This document shows positions 40,401 to 54,115 of a stretch of DNA of 64,000 nt, piece after piece. Position 1 is the first letter of the stretch. The number at the start of each line of letters is the position of its first letter. This DNA comes from Okamejei kenojei (lineage: Eukaryota). The notes under the pieces were generated by a model that ran no database searches, had not been told where the DNA came from, and saw nothing but the letters and a program-made list of their open reading frames with translations. The translations under genes and the position numbers were made by a program. The stretch is taken from contig CM069144.1 of assembly GCA_035221665.1 (NCBI GenBank), forward strand, positions 56,234,001 to 56,298,000. Reading direction: 5' to 3'.

Positions 40401-43396
40401 AGGGCCTATTTCTGTGCTGCACAACTCTAATGCCTCTAATGTAGCAATGGGATTAATGTAGTCATTGAATGGGTGGGTGGTTGATTGTCAGGCCCTCTTC
40501 AATGTTGAGTCTTTATGACTCTTTGACTCTTAGGTCACATATGCTTCCAGGCAGAAACTGACTGTACTGTAGTTGTTCACCGATCATAGACTGATTAGAT
40601 ACCTTGATTCTGCTCTGGTAGTTAGTGGTCAGGAATGCCCAAATTCAATTGAGTTATTCAAACAAAATCCATTATCTCGTAAACTGTAAAGGTGTTCGGG
40701 GTGCCAGCTCCATATCATTTTTCACAAACGAAGCCTGCAGGCAGGTTTCAGTTCTGGCCAAGTTGTCCCACAAAAGTACATCTGTTTTACATGTCGGTGA
40801 AACATGTTAAGAAGAATTACAAATATTAAAAGACCGCGGGGATTCTGAGGCAAGACCAAGTATGTTGCAGCATTCTTTGTGGATTTGTGTAAGGAAATGA
40901 AGCCCTCAGTTTATGTTTTGGGGATCTTCATCTTTTCATAACATAATGCTTCTGCAAATTGAAAGATCAGACAATTTAAAGTTCCAGATAGTATTCCAAA
41001 CAATAGTTAGAATTACAGAGGATTTTTGATTAAACGAAATATCAACAGTCCTCTAAGCATTTCATCAAAATGCACTTGCCCCAATCTTCCATTTAAGGCA
41101 GTAGATCCACTTGGATTTGTCAGGCTTTACTAACTTAAGTGGAAGGCAGCTTGGGGCATCCAAACACTCGCTAAAGACCACTGAAACCAAATTCATCTCT
41201 CAGGACAATGCATCGGACCCAGTAAGTAAAACATCCCAAGATTTTCCTGCACTTAGACTGAGAAATCTACCTGCTGCGCCAGGTTAAATACGGCCCATTG
41301 ATTTCTAGATGGAAAAACTTTATGTGAGAAGAATAGTAAATAAAAATAATTTCATTTAAATTTTGATTCAGCTCCTTTAAAACATATCTGATTGTCTTTC
41401 ATTATGTGTGGTTAATGTTAAACTTGACTTTAATAAAAACATATATTGAATATTAGTTCTATTTTTCAATAGTTCCTGATGGTTTTTAGATTTTCGTGAA
41501 AGTCAAGGACATTCAAGGCAATCCGTCATAAACCATGTTTATATGAGTTCATCTTTCACTCTTCTGAAATCCATTGCATATAAGGCAATCCCACTTAATC
41601 TCTCCCCATCCAGAATCAATCTAGTGAACCCACACAGTACCGATTACTGTAGTTAATTCTCCAATGTTATTTTAGGGATTGACAATAAATGTCACGCTTG
41701 CGATCAACATCTACACTCCATAAATGAATTAAAAAAATAGGAATCTCTCTTTACACCATTGTTTATTAAGCTTTCATGATTTGTAAAAAAACATGCTGAG
41801 AAAATTAATCTTATAATTGATTTTTTCCTCGTTACACTAGCATAAATCAATTTTTTTTTTTCATTCCTGCAACCCCTGCCTAAACTCGATAAAATCCATT
41901 TCCAGGTTATTTTACATCACCCTAGATATTTGACTGAGCATTTCCTCATTTACTCCTTTTGGTAATTGTATGGAATTTGGTTCATAATATTGCAGGAGTG
42001 ACCATTGCATGGCAGACCTGATGTAACTGATCTCCCAACCCTGCAGTAGACTGGGATACTTGATAACTAGTGCCTTAATCACCTGTTTGCCCCATCTCAT
42101 CTTATGAATCAATTCCTCCCTGTTAGCAACACTCCACATCCCCTTGCAGCCAGCCCTAACTTTGAAACCAACCTCCACTGATCGCTAGATCCTGTAATCA
42201 GCTAATATTTGAATTGGAGGCTTCAGTCTATATCCCCACCTACTCCCCCAACTCTTTACTTACCCCGACATTGACCCCGCCACCAGCCAGACTTCAGCAC
42301 TGGTTTCTCCCGGCATGGTTTCCTCACGGACTTGAGAAACAAGGCCCCATTCCCTCTCAACATCGCTCCCACCACAGATGTCTCTCCCACCCCACGCTGA
42401 GCCCTGATGCCTTCCTCTCCCCTGTAGCCCCCATCACCACACAAATGGCTCGAATGCCTTCTACCACCCATTTCTCATGAGCTGATTGGGCTTGTGGCTG
42501 CAGGCCATTCTGACCTTAAAGCTGCCCATGAACCAGGCTACAGGGCATTGCATTTTTCTGATGAAGAAATGGCCAAAACAGTCATTGGCACAACATCAGA
42601 ACAGACCATTGTTTTGCACTACTTTCCACCAATGTAGACAACCTCATAGACATACATTATTCTCTGCTACCCTCTGGTCCAACAGTTTAATTTGTCCATC
42701 CCTATTTACAACTTCTTCACAACTCATTCTCCTAGTTAAGTTTATTTCTGTAGCAAACAGATGTCACATCTGTCTACTCGCACAAATCATGAATGTAGAA
42801 TATAAGTTGATAGTTAGAAACATAGAAACATTGAAAATAGGTGCAGGAGTAGGCCATTCAGCCCTTCGAGCCAGCATTCAATATGATCATGGCTGATCAT
42901 CCAAAATCAGTACCCCGTTCCTGCTTTCTCCCCATATCCCTTGATTCCACTAGTCCTAAGATCTATACCTAACTCTCTCTTGAATACATCATGACCCTCA
43001 TCTTCTTGCCATGACCCTTGGCTTATCGTAGCATGAGATGATAAAACGTTTCCACATAGTCCTACTGCTTTCTGCCCTTTAATCAATATTTCGTAGCCAT
43101 CCCCCATCCCGTGAACCCTTATATATAACAACCATTCATGTAATACATTATAAAGTAAAGTCTGAAGAACTTGATATTTTAGATTCATTGGTTTTGTTTC
43201 ATTTCCCCGGCTCGTTTCATCCTCAAAAACTCTATCACATTTGTTAAATAGGATTTTTCCTTCATACTAACTCTGCCCAATCATATTTATGATATTCTAA
43301 GTTGCCTGTTACCAGGGGCATTTCCCATAACCCAACGTCAGGCTACGTAGCCTATTGTTCCCAATCTTTACTGTCTCTCCTTTCAAAAATTGAGGC

Positions 43397-43992
43397 TCTT
43401 TAAGGTGTTGGTAAGACCACATTTGGAATATTGTGAGCAATTTTGAGCACCATATCTGAGGAAGAATGTTACCAGGGGCTGGTTCTGGAGAGGATCCAGA
43501 GGAGGTTTACAGGTATGATCCCAGGAATGAGTAGGTTAACCTACAATTAGTGTTTGTCGGCACTGGGCCTATACTCGCTGGAGTTTAGAAGAATGAGGGG
43601 GACCTTTGAAACATGCAGAATAGCGAAAGGCTTGGATAGAGTGGATTTGGAGAGGATGTTTCCACTAGTGGGAGAGTCTAGGACTAGAGGTCATAGCCAC
43701 ATAATTAAAGGACTTTTTTTTAGAAAGGAGATGAGGAGAAATGTATTTAGTCAGCGGGTGGTGAATCTGTAGAATTATTTGCCACAGAAGGCTGTGGAGG
43801 CCAGGTCAGTGGTTATTTTTAAGGCAGAGATAGATAGATTCTTGATTGGTACAGGTGTCAGAGGTTATGGGGAGAAGGCAGAAGAATGGGGTTAGGAGGG
43901 AGATATAGATCAGCCATGATTGAATGGTTAGACATGATGGGCTGAATGGCATAATTCTACTCCTATCCCTTATGACCGTATGACCTTATGAC
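43397..43992 (+). mobile_element. CR1 LINE 3' fragment
   Basis: LVRPHLEYCEQF...; ORF 43554-43772 LGLYSLEFRRMRG...FSQRVVNL; (cttatgac)-like tail. Confidence 0.9.
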
Positions 43993-44717
43993 AACTAGAG
44001 TGTGAGGTTTGCTGGTTATCAATTCAGAATCCACGGAACCTAATACAACCAATATTATTGCAGCAACTTCGTTTAGAATATTTTGATTCAAATTTACAAA
44101 ACCTAGGACACTTGTTGGCTTTATTCCCCCATTCCGACCCCTTGAATTCCCTTAGTACTTTCTGCTACCGTAATATTAATTATATTGCAAAATTCAAAGT
44201 CAAAGTCCTAAAATGCTCAATTCCATTCTCAAACCCATTACAACTTTTGTGGTTCAAAGAGGCCCCCCTTTTACTTTTTTATATGGTTGTCAAGGCTTTT
44301 GAAAATATGCTTAAAACATTTTTTAAATTATATTATTAGCATACTGATGTTTTAGGTTTTCCTTCGTTTTGACCATCTTCCATGATTCTCTCAATTCTCC
44401 CAATGCTCAGCACAATCGCATTTGGCAACAATTTACACCTTGTCTTCGCTTTTTTAACACTAAGTACCCTACTATATTTAACCACCCATTACACAGCCAT
44501 TTATCTGTAATGTCTGTTAGATCAAACCTCGTTGTCTCCATTTAGTTCAATCGGATTATAGTTCATTCTGATTATTATGAATGTTGTGTGCATTTAGATG
44601 TAATTTTATCACTTTACCTTGTTTTTACTTTATTCAAGGATGTAGTAGGCCGCAGCATTAGGCTCCATGGCGCAGAAATTCTTCTGTGATTGTAATGCAC
44701 AATATAGTTTCAGCGGC

Positions 44718-44916
44718 GTGTTGGAAGGAACAGCAGATGCTGGTTTAAATCGAAGATAGACACAAAATGCTGGAGTAACTCAACGAGACAGGTAGCATCT
44801 CTGGAGAGAAGGAATAGGTGACGTTTCAGGTCGAGACCCTTCTTCAGTCTGAAGATTCCTTCCCTCCAGAGATGCTGCCTGTCCAGCTGAGATACTCCAG
44901 CTTTTTGTGTCTATCT
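44718..44916. mobile_element. Palindromic Penelope-derived element
   Basis: Centre cccttcttcagtctgaaga; inverted arms end in gacacaaaa / tttttgtgtc. Confidence 0.8.
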
Positions 44917-46032
44917 ATAGTTTCATTGGCCTTCTGTACTCTGCCTCTCAACTTTATTTCACTGGAGTCAATGGACATGAATTTCAGAAATAGAGTGCAA
45001 TGCACTGCCATTATCACACAGTGTGCTTTTCACTTCTGACCAGGGACACATTTCTAAACAATTAGTTTAGTTTCCTATTGTTTAGTTTACTAATGTCACG
45101 TGCACCAAGAGACAGTGAAATGCTTTTTTGTTGCATGCTATCCTGTCAGCGGAAAAACTATACATTGTCCCTTCCTGCCGTACTTCACAGAAATATTTCC
45201 ATATTTCACAATGGACTTGATCTTTCCCTTTTAATTTTCTCTCACTGAAGCCCTCACCTTCTTTCCACCCTTCGAAGAACAGACACACATCTGAAAGTGC
45301 TCATAAATGATTAATTCCACGATTTAAAACTCTGATATATGAGGAAAATATTACAGAGCCAGAGGTCCATTTTATGCAAATAAGTGATTGAGATTATAAC
45401 TCCTTTTTTAAATGTTGAACAGCATTAATGATGTAGATCAATAATTCCTGACCTGGGGTGCCAAGGATTGCAAGGATCTATGAGGCTTTAATAATATTTA
45501 ATAATAATAATATCAGTGGAAAGGAAAAATAAATCAAATATAGAAGGCATGTTAGCTGTGGCAGTCACGGCACTGCTGGTATTCGCTGGGAATTACCAGG
45601 ACATCCCCAACTTCTTAAGGAGAGAAATTGGTAACAAGATAAGCCACTTAAAGCTATCATTTGATGTTACCAAGAGTGAACAATTGGGGTTTTCATTGAA
45701 AATAATGTAAATGATGGTGGGTTTTTAGTTTAAGCCCAGAACAAGACCAAACAAGTGCAATATTAGCAAATGATCTCAAGAACCTTGACACCAACTGAGA
45801 AATATATTGGCATTCGACAAAATTAATCTTTTTTATTTATTTTAATGAAGAATTAGAAATGTTTCTCAGCAGGAGTCAGGTTTATTGCAAAAGGTCATTT
45901 TGACAAGGAAAAGAGTGGAGGTTGCTGAGAATGATAAGTGCTATATAATTGCTAATTCCTATTCTTTGGGTTGTGCTGTTCATTAATTTTGATCAACGAG
46001 GTCAAATTTCCAAGAATTTTATCTTTTGAAAG

Positions 46033-47305
46033 ATATAGAAACATAGAAACATAGAAAATACGTGCAGGAGTAGGCCATTCGGCCCTTCAAGCCAGCACCG
46101 CCATTCAACCTGATCAAGGTTGATCATCCAAAATCAGTACCCCGTTCCTGCTTTCTCCCCATATCCTTTGATTCTGTTAGCCCTAAGAGCTAAATCTAAC
46201 TCTCTCTTGAAAACATCCAGTGAATTGGCCTCCACGACCTTCTGTGGCAGAGAATTCCACAGATTCACAACTCTCTGGGTGAAAAAGTTTTTCCTCATCT
46301 CAGTCTTAAATGGCCTACCCCTTATTCTTACACTGTGACTCCTGGTTCTGGACTCCCCCAACATGGGGAACATTTTTCCTGCACCTAGTTTGTCTAATCC
46401 CCAAAGAATTGTATATGTTTCTGTAAGATTCCCTCTCATCCTTCTAAATTCCAGTGAATACAAGCCCAGTCGACTCATTCTTTCATCATATGTCAGTCCC
46501 GCCATCCCGGGAATGAACCTGGTGAACCTACGCTGCACTCACTCAATAGCAAGAATGTCCTTCTTCAAAACTGAAGAAGACCAAAACTGCTCACAATACT
46601 CCAGGTGTGGTCTCACCAGGGTCCTGTACAACTGCAGTAGGACCTCCTTGCTCCTGAACTCAAATCCTCTTGCTATGAAGGCCAACATGGCATTTGCTTT
46701 CTTCACTGCCTGCTGTACCAGCATGCTTACTTTCAGTGACTGATGTACATGGATACCCAAGTCTCGTTACACCTCCCCTTTTCCTAATCTGACTCCATTC
46801 AAATAAAAGTCTGCCTTCTTTTTCTTGCCACCAAAGTGGATAACCTCACATTTATCCACATTATACTGCATCTGCCATGCATCTGCCCACTCACCCAAGT
46901 CCCCTGCAGCCTCATAGCATCCTCCTCACAGCTCACACTGCCACCTATTGTCAACAGCTGGGGTCCCAGCACTGAGCCTTGCCACACCCCACTATTCACT
47001 GCCTGCCATTCTGAAAAGGACCCCTTAAATTCTTACTCTGCTTGCTGTCTGCCAACCAGTTCTCTATCCATGTCAATACCCTGCCCCCAATACCATGTGC
47101 TCTAATTTTATACACTAATCTCTTGTGTGGGACCTTGTCAAAGGCTTTTTGAAAGTCCAGATACACCGCATCCACTGGCTCTCCCTTATATTCTACTTGT
47201 TACATCCTCAAAAATTCCAGAAGATTAGTTCAAGCATGATTTCCCCTTCATAAATCCATGCTGACTAGGACCGATCCTGTCCCTGCTTTCCAAATGTGAT
47301 GCTGT
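46033..47305 (-). mobile_element. CR1 (HER1-like) LINE, about 1.3 kb of disrupted RT and ORF2 C-terminus
   Basis: SGVWQGSVLGPQL, VKKANAMLAFIARG...LYRTLVRPHLEYCEQFWS, QRRFTRFIPGM...FFTQRVVNLWNSLP; (ATGTTTCT)n tail; frameshifts and deletions. Confidence 0.92.
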
Positions 47306-48037
47306 TTGGAGAAAATTCCACTTTTCACAGAAAATAAAATGTCATTGCGGCTTTAAGACAAGTTCTGTAGTTCCAGGGCACAGTAAACTTGCATTCCATG
47401 GAGAACCAACTTGGAAGCTCCCACAGCAAGATTCTCCGTTATCTTTGTTATTGTGTTAAAACGCAGACAGATCTTGGATCATGGACCATGGGTTATAGTG
47501 ACTGGGGAAGCGCGTTAGAAGGGGAAGTGCGTTAGAAGGATAGAAGTGGTGGTTCTGCAAGGAAGTAACCAGCTTCCATGTGAGTGTTGGCTACTCTTCA
47601 CGGACCTCACATGCACACGTTAATTATCTGCATGTGATGTCCAGTGCTGCATCGCATACTATTTGACATCACCGAGATGTCTGGATGCAGTTCACATGCT
47701 TGTGGGATGTGAACCAAATTTATCAACCTGCCTGATCCACGGGTAAAGGCACCTAATTCCTTTACATGATACAAAACAATATTGCGCAACCTGTAAGTCC
47801 ACAAATGTGTATGTTTTGCATGAACTTTAGTGGATTTGTCTGTCATAAAATTAAATTATTTATTCACCTGCATTCTAGCACTCCATTGAAAAATCAGATA
47901 TGCTAACAGTTCAGTTAAAAAGATGCATGAATTTATAATTTGTCATCAGGATGAGACTTTGGCAGCAAGTTTGGTATGGTATGGTACGGTATGGTATTTA
48001 TGCATCACATGTACCAAGGTACAGTGAAATTAATTTA

Positions 48038-49092
48038 TGTGGACAAAATTGCTGGAGAAAGTCAGCGGGAGCGGCAGCATCTATGGAGCGAAGGAAATAG
48101 GCAACGTTTTGGGCCGAAACCCTTCTTCAGACTGATGCAGGGTGTGGGGGGCGGGAAGAAGAAAGGAAGAGGAGGAGCCAGAGGGCTGAGGGAGAGCTGA
48201 AGAAGGGGAGGAGGAGAGAAAGCTACCGGAACTGGGAGAAGTCAATGTTCAGGCCACCGGGATGCAGACTGCCCAAGCAGAATATGAGGTGCTGCTCCTC
48301 CAGTTTCCAGTGGTGCTCACTCTGGCCATGGAGGAGGCCCAGGACAGAAAGGTCGGATTCAGAATGAGAGGGGGAGTTGACGTGCTGAGCCACAGGGAGA
48401 TCAGGTTGGTTATTGCGGACCGAGCGGAGGTGTTCGGCGAAACGATCGCCAAGCCTATGCTTGGTCTCACCGATGTAGATCAGCTGACATCTAGAGCAGC
48501 GGATGCAATAGATGAGGTTGGAGGTGGTGCAGGTGAACCTCTGTCACACCTGGAACGACTGCTTGGGTCCTTGAATGGAGTTGAGGGGTGAGGTAAAGCG
48601 ACACGTGTAGCATCTCTTGCGGTTGCAAGGGAAAGTGCCCGGGGAGGGGGTGGTGCGGGTGGGAAGGGAAGAATTGACCAGGGAGTTATGGAGGGAGCGG
48701 TCTTTGCGGAAAGCAGACGGGGGAGATGGGAAGATGTGGAAGATGTGGTGAGGTGGCGAAAATGACGGAGGACTATTTGTTGTATGTGACGGCTAGTGGG
48801 GTGGAAGGAGAGGACTAGGGGGACTCTGCCCTTGTTCTGAGTGGCGGAATGGGGAGAGAGAGCAGTGTTGAAGAGACCCTGGTGAGAGACTCATCTATGG
48901 CAGTGGAGGGGAACCCCCGTTCCCTGACGAATGAGGACATTTCCGATGCCCTGGTGTGGAACACCTCATCCTGGGAGCAGATGCGGCGTAGACGGAGGAA
49001 TTGGGAGTAGAGGATGGAGTCCTTGCATGAAGCAGGGTGGGAAGAAGTGTAGTCTAGATAGCCATGGGAGTCCGTGGGTTTATAGTGGATCC
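48038..49092 (-). mobile_element. Penelope-like element fragment: RT thumb, GIY-YIG endonuclease and 3' terminal repeat
   Basis: YKPTDSHGYLDYTSSHPASCKDSILYSQFLRLRRICS; hand translation SNLIYCIRCSRCQLIYIGETKHRLGDRFAEHLRS; in-frame stop and frameshifts, so inactive. Confidence 0.92.
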
Positions 49093-49741
49093 AGTTCAGT
49101 ACAGGTATCACGTCTCAATCAGCACTTTGATACACATTAGAGAAGCATCTCAGACACAGTACAAGTGCAGAGCAGTAATACACTGAGACAGTATATAGAG
49201 TTGCCAGTTTGGCAGCAGTTGTAGTAAGTGCAGGGTTTGTAATGGTGGTCAGAAAGTTTCAGTGCAGTACATTGTGGACACTCCAATATATTATCGTCGA
49301 GCATTTCCTCAGTGCTACAACTATCCACCACCATCACTTTGTGTAGTGTGCAGCTGGAAGTCTGTCCTTGCATGTGAATATCATTTTTGTAACATTTTTA
49401 TTGAAGAACTAATGTTGTGTTTGGATCAACTGCGAGGACAATCCGAGAGAAACAAAATTGTGAAAGGCAGCGCTAGCGCTAATAAACTCAAGTAGCTCAA
49501 TGAGGTGATTAAACCAGTGGATTATACTCTCCCCATGTTACAGAAGTTACATGTCACTGCCTGCATTCATTTTATACAAATAGTATCAAGGTTGCAGGAG
49601 AGGCTTATTATAAAGCCAAACTAAAAACTGAAGGCAAAGCAAACCTGTATTTTATGAATTAGTCCCATATAGGTCCCATCTAGTATTTTGGGCACCTTTT
49701 GAATTATTTGTGCCCCTTTCCTGCTCTTAGGAAAATAGGAC

Positions 49742-50400
49742 AAGAGGGTTCTATTGTCATCCAGTATGTCCCAAAATGGAACTGTGAAATTCTCACTTGC
49801 TGCATTCCAAGATTTATGTGAACATAGTACTCTGTAAACAAAAACAAAGAGTTCCGTAGATATGCAAAAACCACCAAACAAAAATAGTGCAAAGGCAAAA
49901 ACAATGTCTCCCCAAGTCTTTGTAGTTCGGATGCTATTTGGAGGTTGTAGTGTCTAATAGCCTGATGGTTGTTGAGAAGAAGCTGCTCCTGAGCCTAGAT
50001 GTTTTAGTTTTCATGCTCATGTACTTTCTTCCTGGCCATGGTCTCTGATGATGCGGGCTGCCTTTTTGAGGCAGCGACTCCTGTAGGTCCCTTTGATGGT
50101 GGGGAGTTCAATACCCATGATGAACTGGGCAGTTTTCATCACTTTATGCAGTCTTCTCCATTCCTGGACGTTCGATTTGTTGAACCAGGCTGTGATGCGA
50201 GCAGTCATTATGCTCTCTGTTGCATACCTGTAGAGGTTCAAGAGAGTATTCATCAACATACCAAATATCCTGTATCTTCTAAGAAGGTAGATACATTGAT
50301 GGGTTGTCTTTATGATTGCAATAATGTGCTGATCATCAGGAATATGTAAGCCCAGGAATTTGAGGTTATTGATCCCTCCACCACCAACCCATCGATGAAG
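49742..50400 (-). mobile_element. Rex1/Babar-like non-LTR 3' fragment
   Basis: ORF 50017-50259 LLNLYRYATESIMTARITAWF...RCLKKAARIIRD; same 3' UTR family as 24875, 38645, 52595 and 57390. Confidence 0.75.
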
Positions 50401-52885
50401 ACATGCTTGCGGGTCATCAGCAAAGGAATCTTAGTTGCACTGAGATGACTCAAGCTAGGTTGCACTCTCCAACCTAAATCATGTTCACCAATATACTTAG
50501 CAATTTACAGCCAAAGGTTTTTCGCTGTGCAAAGTAACAAGTTATTGAGCCATACTGTTTGATGATGGATTACTCCATGGACTTAAGATTTGATACCCAA
50601 CCTTTTTGTTCCTGCAAAATTGCTTTCCATTACTTTTCTTGAAAGGAATTTGTTTAGCCTTTTTCACTCAGATTCATTAAACCTCAGTGCTATGTTTAAA
50701 TCTAAGATTAGGTGCATGCTTATTTTTTAGTTCTTGTTAATTTTGCATAATATTTTTAAACATCACAAAGATTACAGTGATAAAAATCTTCCCAGGTCAC
50801 TTCAGCTTTCCTCCACTTTGTAAACGGTAACAGGAATGATAGAAATATCAAAGCTAAAATTTGCAAGATGAGATTTGATTAAATTAACATTACGTGCACA
50901 TTAAGACTTCTTGGTGATCAAGCTTTTTTTGGCCAACATCTGGCTTCAACATGTAACAATGCAGGAAGTTGGTAAAGAAAGTTGAGGTCAGGAGGTCATA
51001 TAATGTTTCCTTTCCAACTCCTGCACTTTCAGCTGCTTTTGATGGATATTTTATCCTCTGCAAATTGCTGCATTAGAAAGTGCAATTAGCGATTTTGTTT
51101 TCTTAATCATCTAGCCTTATTCTTTTGGTTTAGAGCCAGTTCTACATCACTCATGACAGACTTGCAAGCTGGCAGTTTGACCTGTGCTCAATCTTACCCC
51201 CTTCATGTCTGTCCAATTCTCATTATTGTCATACATTGATAAGGAGAACCTAAATACAGCATTATTTTCTCAGCTGATCTAATGCAAAAATAAATAACAA
51301 GGAATTTTTGTTTGCCTGCCTTCCTAGTCTTGTTAAAGTTACTGCCTCACTGACTTCCATTTGAAATCATTGCAGTCTGATTATTGAAGGAGATAGCAGA
51401 CAGGAAGTACAATAGAGAACAATTGCAAAAAGAAAATAATGGGCAATAATGAGCTAGATAAGTTACAGTTTGGATGAAAGTGCAATGTGCAGAATAATGT
51501 TTAGAAATTGCAGTTTATTAATTTGAGGAACATCTAGGCATGAAAGAGGAAAGCAAGATTGAACACACATATTGATGGTAGAAAATGTGCTCCGTAGAAA
51601 GTATTTAAACACGCATCAACAAAATATATTTTATGTTTTTTCCTTGTGTATAAAAGAATAATACTGCCCAAGCACACTTTCTAAATGAAAATTGAAATCT
51701 TTTGATGAAATATTCTCAATTATTAGTTTTATTTTCACTACTTTCCTACTTCCACAATCCCCTGTTCTGACACCGATTTTAAGACAGTGGCATTGATTTT
51801 TTTAAAAATTGTTTTTAAAATCTTGCATAATTGATTAACTTTGTATGGCAGAATCACATGTAAGTAATTTTATGGTGAATGTTTCCATTAGGACAGGGTA
51901 GAACTGCCTCGGTTTTATTGGTTATTCGAATCAGTAAGACCAACAATGAAATAGGTGAGTGAGGACTTGTACAAATTGGAAGAAAACAAGATGTTTGCCC
52001 AACTCCAGCACCAATGACATGAATCCCAATCTAGTGAATGAATCTAGATGACTTTCTTGCTATTTCTTTGCTCAGTACCAATCTCACTTATAATTAGAAA
52101 TGGACACCAAATGCTGGAGTAACTCAGTAACTCAGTAACTCAGCTGGATAGTCTCTCCAGAGATGCTGCCTGCCCCATTGAGTTGTACCAGCATTTTGTG
52201 TCTATCTTTGGTTTAAACCAGCAGTTCCTTCCTTCAACATCACTTCTAATTAGCCTTCTTTAGATGAATTAGGATGGCCATTCCAACATGATTCGATCTT
52301 GCCATTTTTTCAGGGCAGCTCAGTGATGAAGTTATGTTTCATTTGGACCTATGCTAGCTTACACTCAATTAGTCCAATTTCCACTGAATTTTAATTCATC
52401 ATGCTCATTTAGAGTATCTTCAGTTTAAAAGTTCTCTATCAGTTCTTCCATCTGAGAGTAAAATGTGCAACAGGTTTCCAGAATGGAAATAATCCCCCTC
52501 TTCTTCCAGTGAAATGCAGGTGAACAAACATTTACGATAAATCAGTAAAAAATGCTGCTCTGTTTTTATGCTTCTTGGTCTCCTTCAATGAAAAGAGTCA
52601 AGTGTTTTATTGTCATATAGACACTAGACAATAGGTGCAGGAGTAGGCCATTCGGCCCCTCGAGCCAGCACCGCCATTCAATGTGATCATGGCTGATCAT
52701 CCCCAATCAGTACCCCGTTCCTGCCATCTCCCCATATCCCCTGACTCTGCTATCTTTAAGAGCCCTACCTGTTCCAGATAGAACAATGAAATTCTTACTT
52801 GCAGAAGCACAACAGAATATGGAAACATGCTACTCTGTAAGCATATAATAAACGAGAAAAAAAAGTTGAGGGTGCGTGTGTGATC

Positions 52886-52887
<2 letters not shown>

Positions 52888-52925
<38 letters not shown>
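52888..52925. repeat. (CA)n microsatellite, about 19 units
   Basis: Seen directly. Confidence 0.95.
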
Positions 52926-52932
<7 letters not shown>

Positions 52933-53789
52933 GTTATAGTTTTCAGGGTCCTGTACCATCTTCCTGAATGAAAGTACTCTGTATGTAACAATTGAAATGA
53001 GGCCTTCTGTTCTTGGGGAATAATTAAAGAGTAAATTCAAGTGAGGTTAATAATCATGAACTGGATGATCTTGTCAATATTAGTGTGTTGCTGGAAAAAT
53101 TGTAACCTGTACAATAAGTCAACAATTATCCAGAGTTGTATCTTGTAGAGTGCACATGGGTTCTATCACAAGAGACAGGCATTAGGCCAAGTGCCTGGTC
53201 TCTTTATTCACATTGGCTGACTCCAATGATTAATATTCTCTATTCTACTGCTTTACTTTAATTTTGCCTTCACAAACTGTTGGATAAATCATCTATTTTA
53301 TTATTGTTGCAAAAAAGATAATTTCCCATCTATTATACCAAGTCTAATCTGTAAACCAATTATTGTAATTGTTTCTGTGGTTGGGAGAGAAAGTCTGATG
53401 TTGTGGAGATTCTGGACTGGGCTGGTGTTTCGAGACTGATATAAAAACACATCTTGGATTGCAATCAGTGAATCATTTGTCCTTGCGGTTTCAGACGATT
53501 TACCAAATAGTGCTTTTCCTGCAGAATTGATAACGGCTGATGTCATTGTGATTTCTGTAGGCTACGCCACATTCTGTTGGCCCATCGCTCTGGGCTATTT
53601 GGGTTAGATCTCACCAGAAAATATATTTATATCTGAGTATAAATGATCAGTGGAATTTCCCCATTGCTTCCCAGCAGTCACCCTTCTGTTATAAACAGAC
53701 ATTTACGTGCATTGCAAGCTCTTGACTGTATTAGTTGCAGCCTGCTCCCTTTCTTTACAAGGATATGAGAAGGCCATTTATAGAAATTA

Positions 53790-54115
53790 TATCTTCCCAT
53801 TCTCTCCTTCATTTTGTGTTTCCCACTGACTAGTTTCACTATCGTGCTGCTCAGTTTCGTTTTTCATATACCCTCGTTCTCACTTTTTCCACAGCCAACA
53901 ATGGACCATTGTGGGCTCCACCTTTCCTTGATCATCGGTACTGGCTTTGATTCGTTCTTTTCATACCTTTCATTCATTTGTTCTTTATAGCTTTTCATAC
54001 CTCTTCTTTCCCTCTCGCTGACACTCAGTCTGAAGAAGGGTCTCGACCTGAAACGTCACCTATTCCTTTTCTCCAGGGATACTGCCTGACCCGCTGAGTT
54101 ACTCCAGCATTTTAT
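53790..54115 (+). mobile_element. Penelope-like 3' terminal region with a hammerhead-like core
   Basis: Pyrimidine-rich leader, then cagtctgaagaagggtctcgacctgaaacgtcacctattcc...ctgagttactccagc. Confidence 0.75.
54028..54059 (+). ncRNA. Candidate minimal type I hammerhead ribozyme motif
   Basis: CUGAAGA (54030-36), stem II (54038-49), GAAA (54050-53), palindromic ACGU, GUC triplet ending at 54057; stem I only about 2 bp. Confidence 0.45.

Noticed and set aside
42214-42896. Pro-rich 88-aa and 136-aa ORFs
   Set aside because: C-rich low-complexity sequence running into a CR1 tail; no domain or convincing splice sites.
45633-45643. EVI1-type site AACAAGATAAG suggesting autoregulation
   Set aside because: A single short AT-rich match in 64 kb is not distinguishable from chance without ChIP or conservation data.
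48100-48135. Active hammerhead in the Penelope copies at 48.1 kb and 56.1 kb
   Set aside because: GAAA is changed to AAAA in both, and CUGA to CAGA at 56.1 kb, so cleavage is not expected.
48262-48591. 109-aa + strand ORF
   Set aside because: Antisense shadow of the Penelope GIY-YIG coding region.
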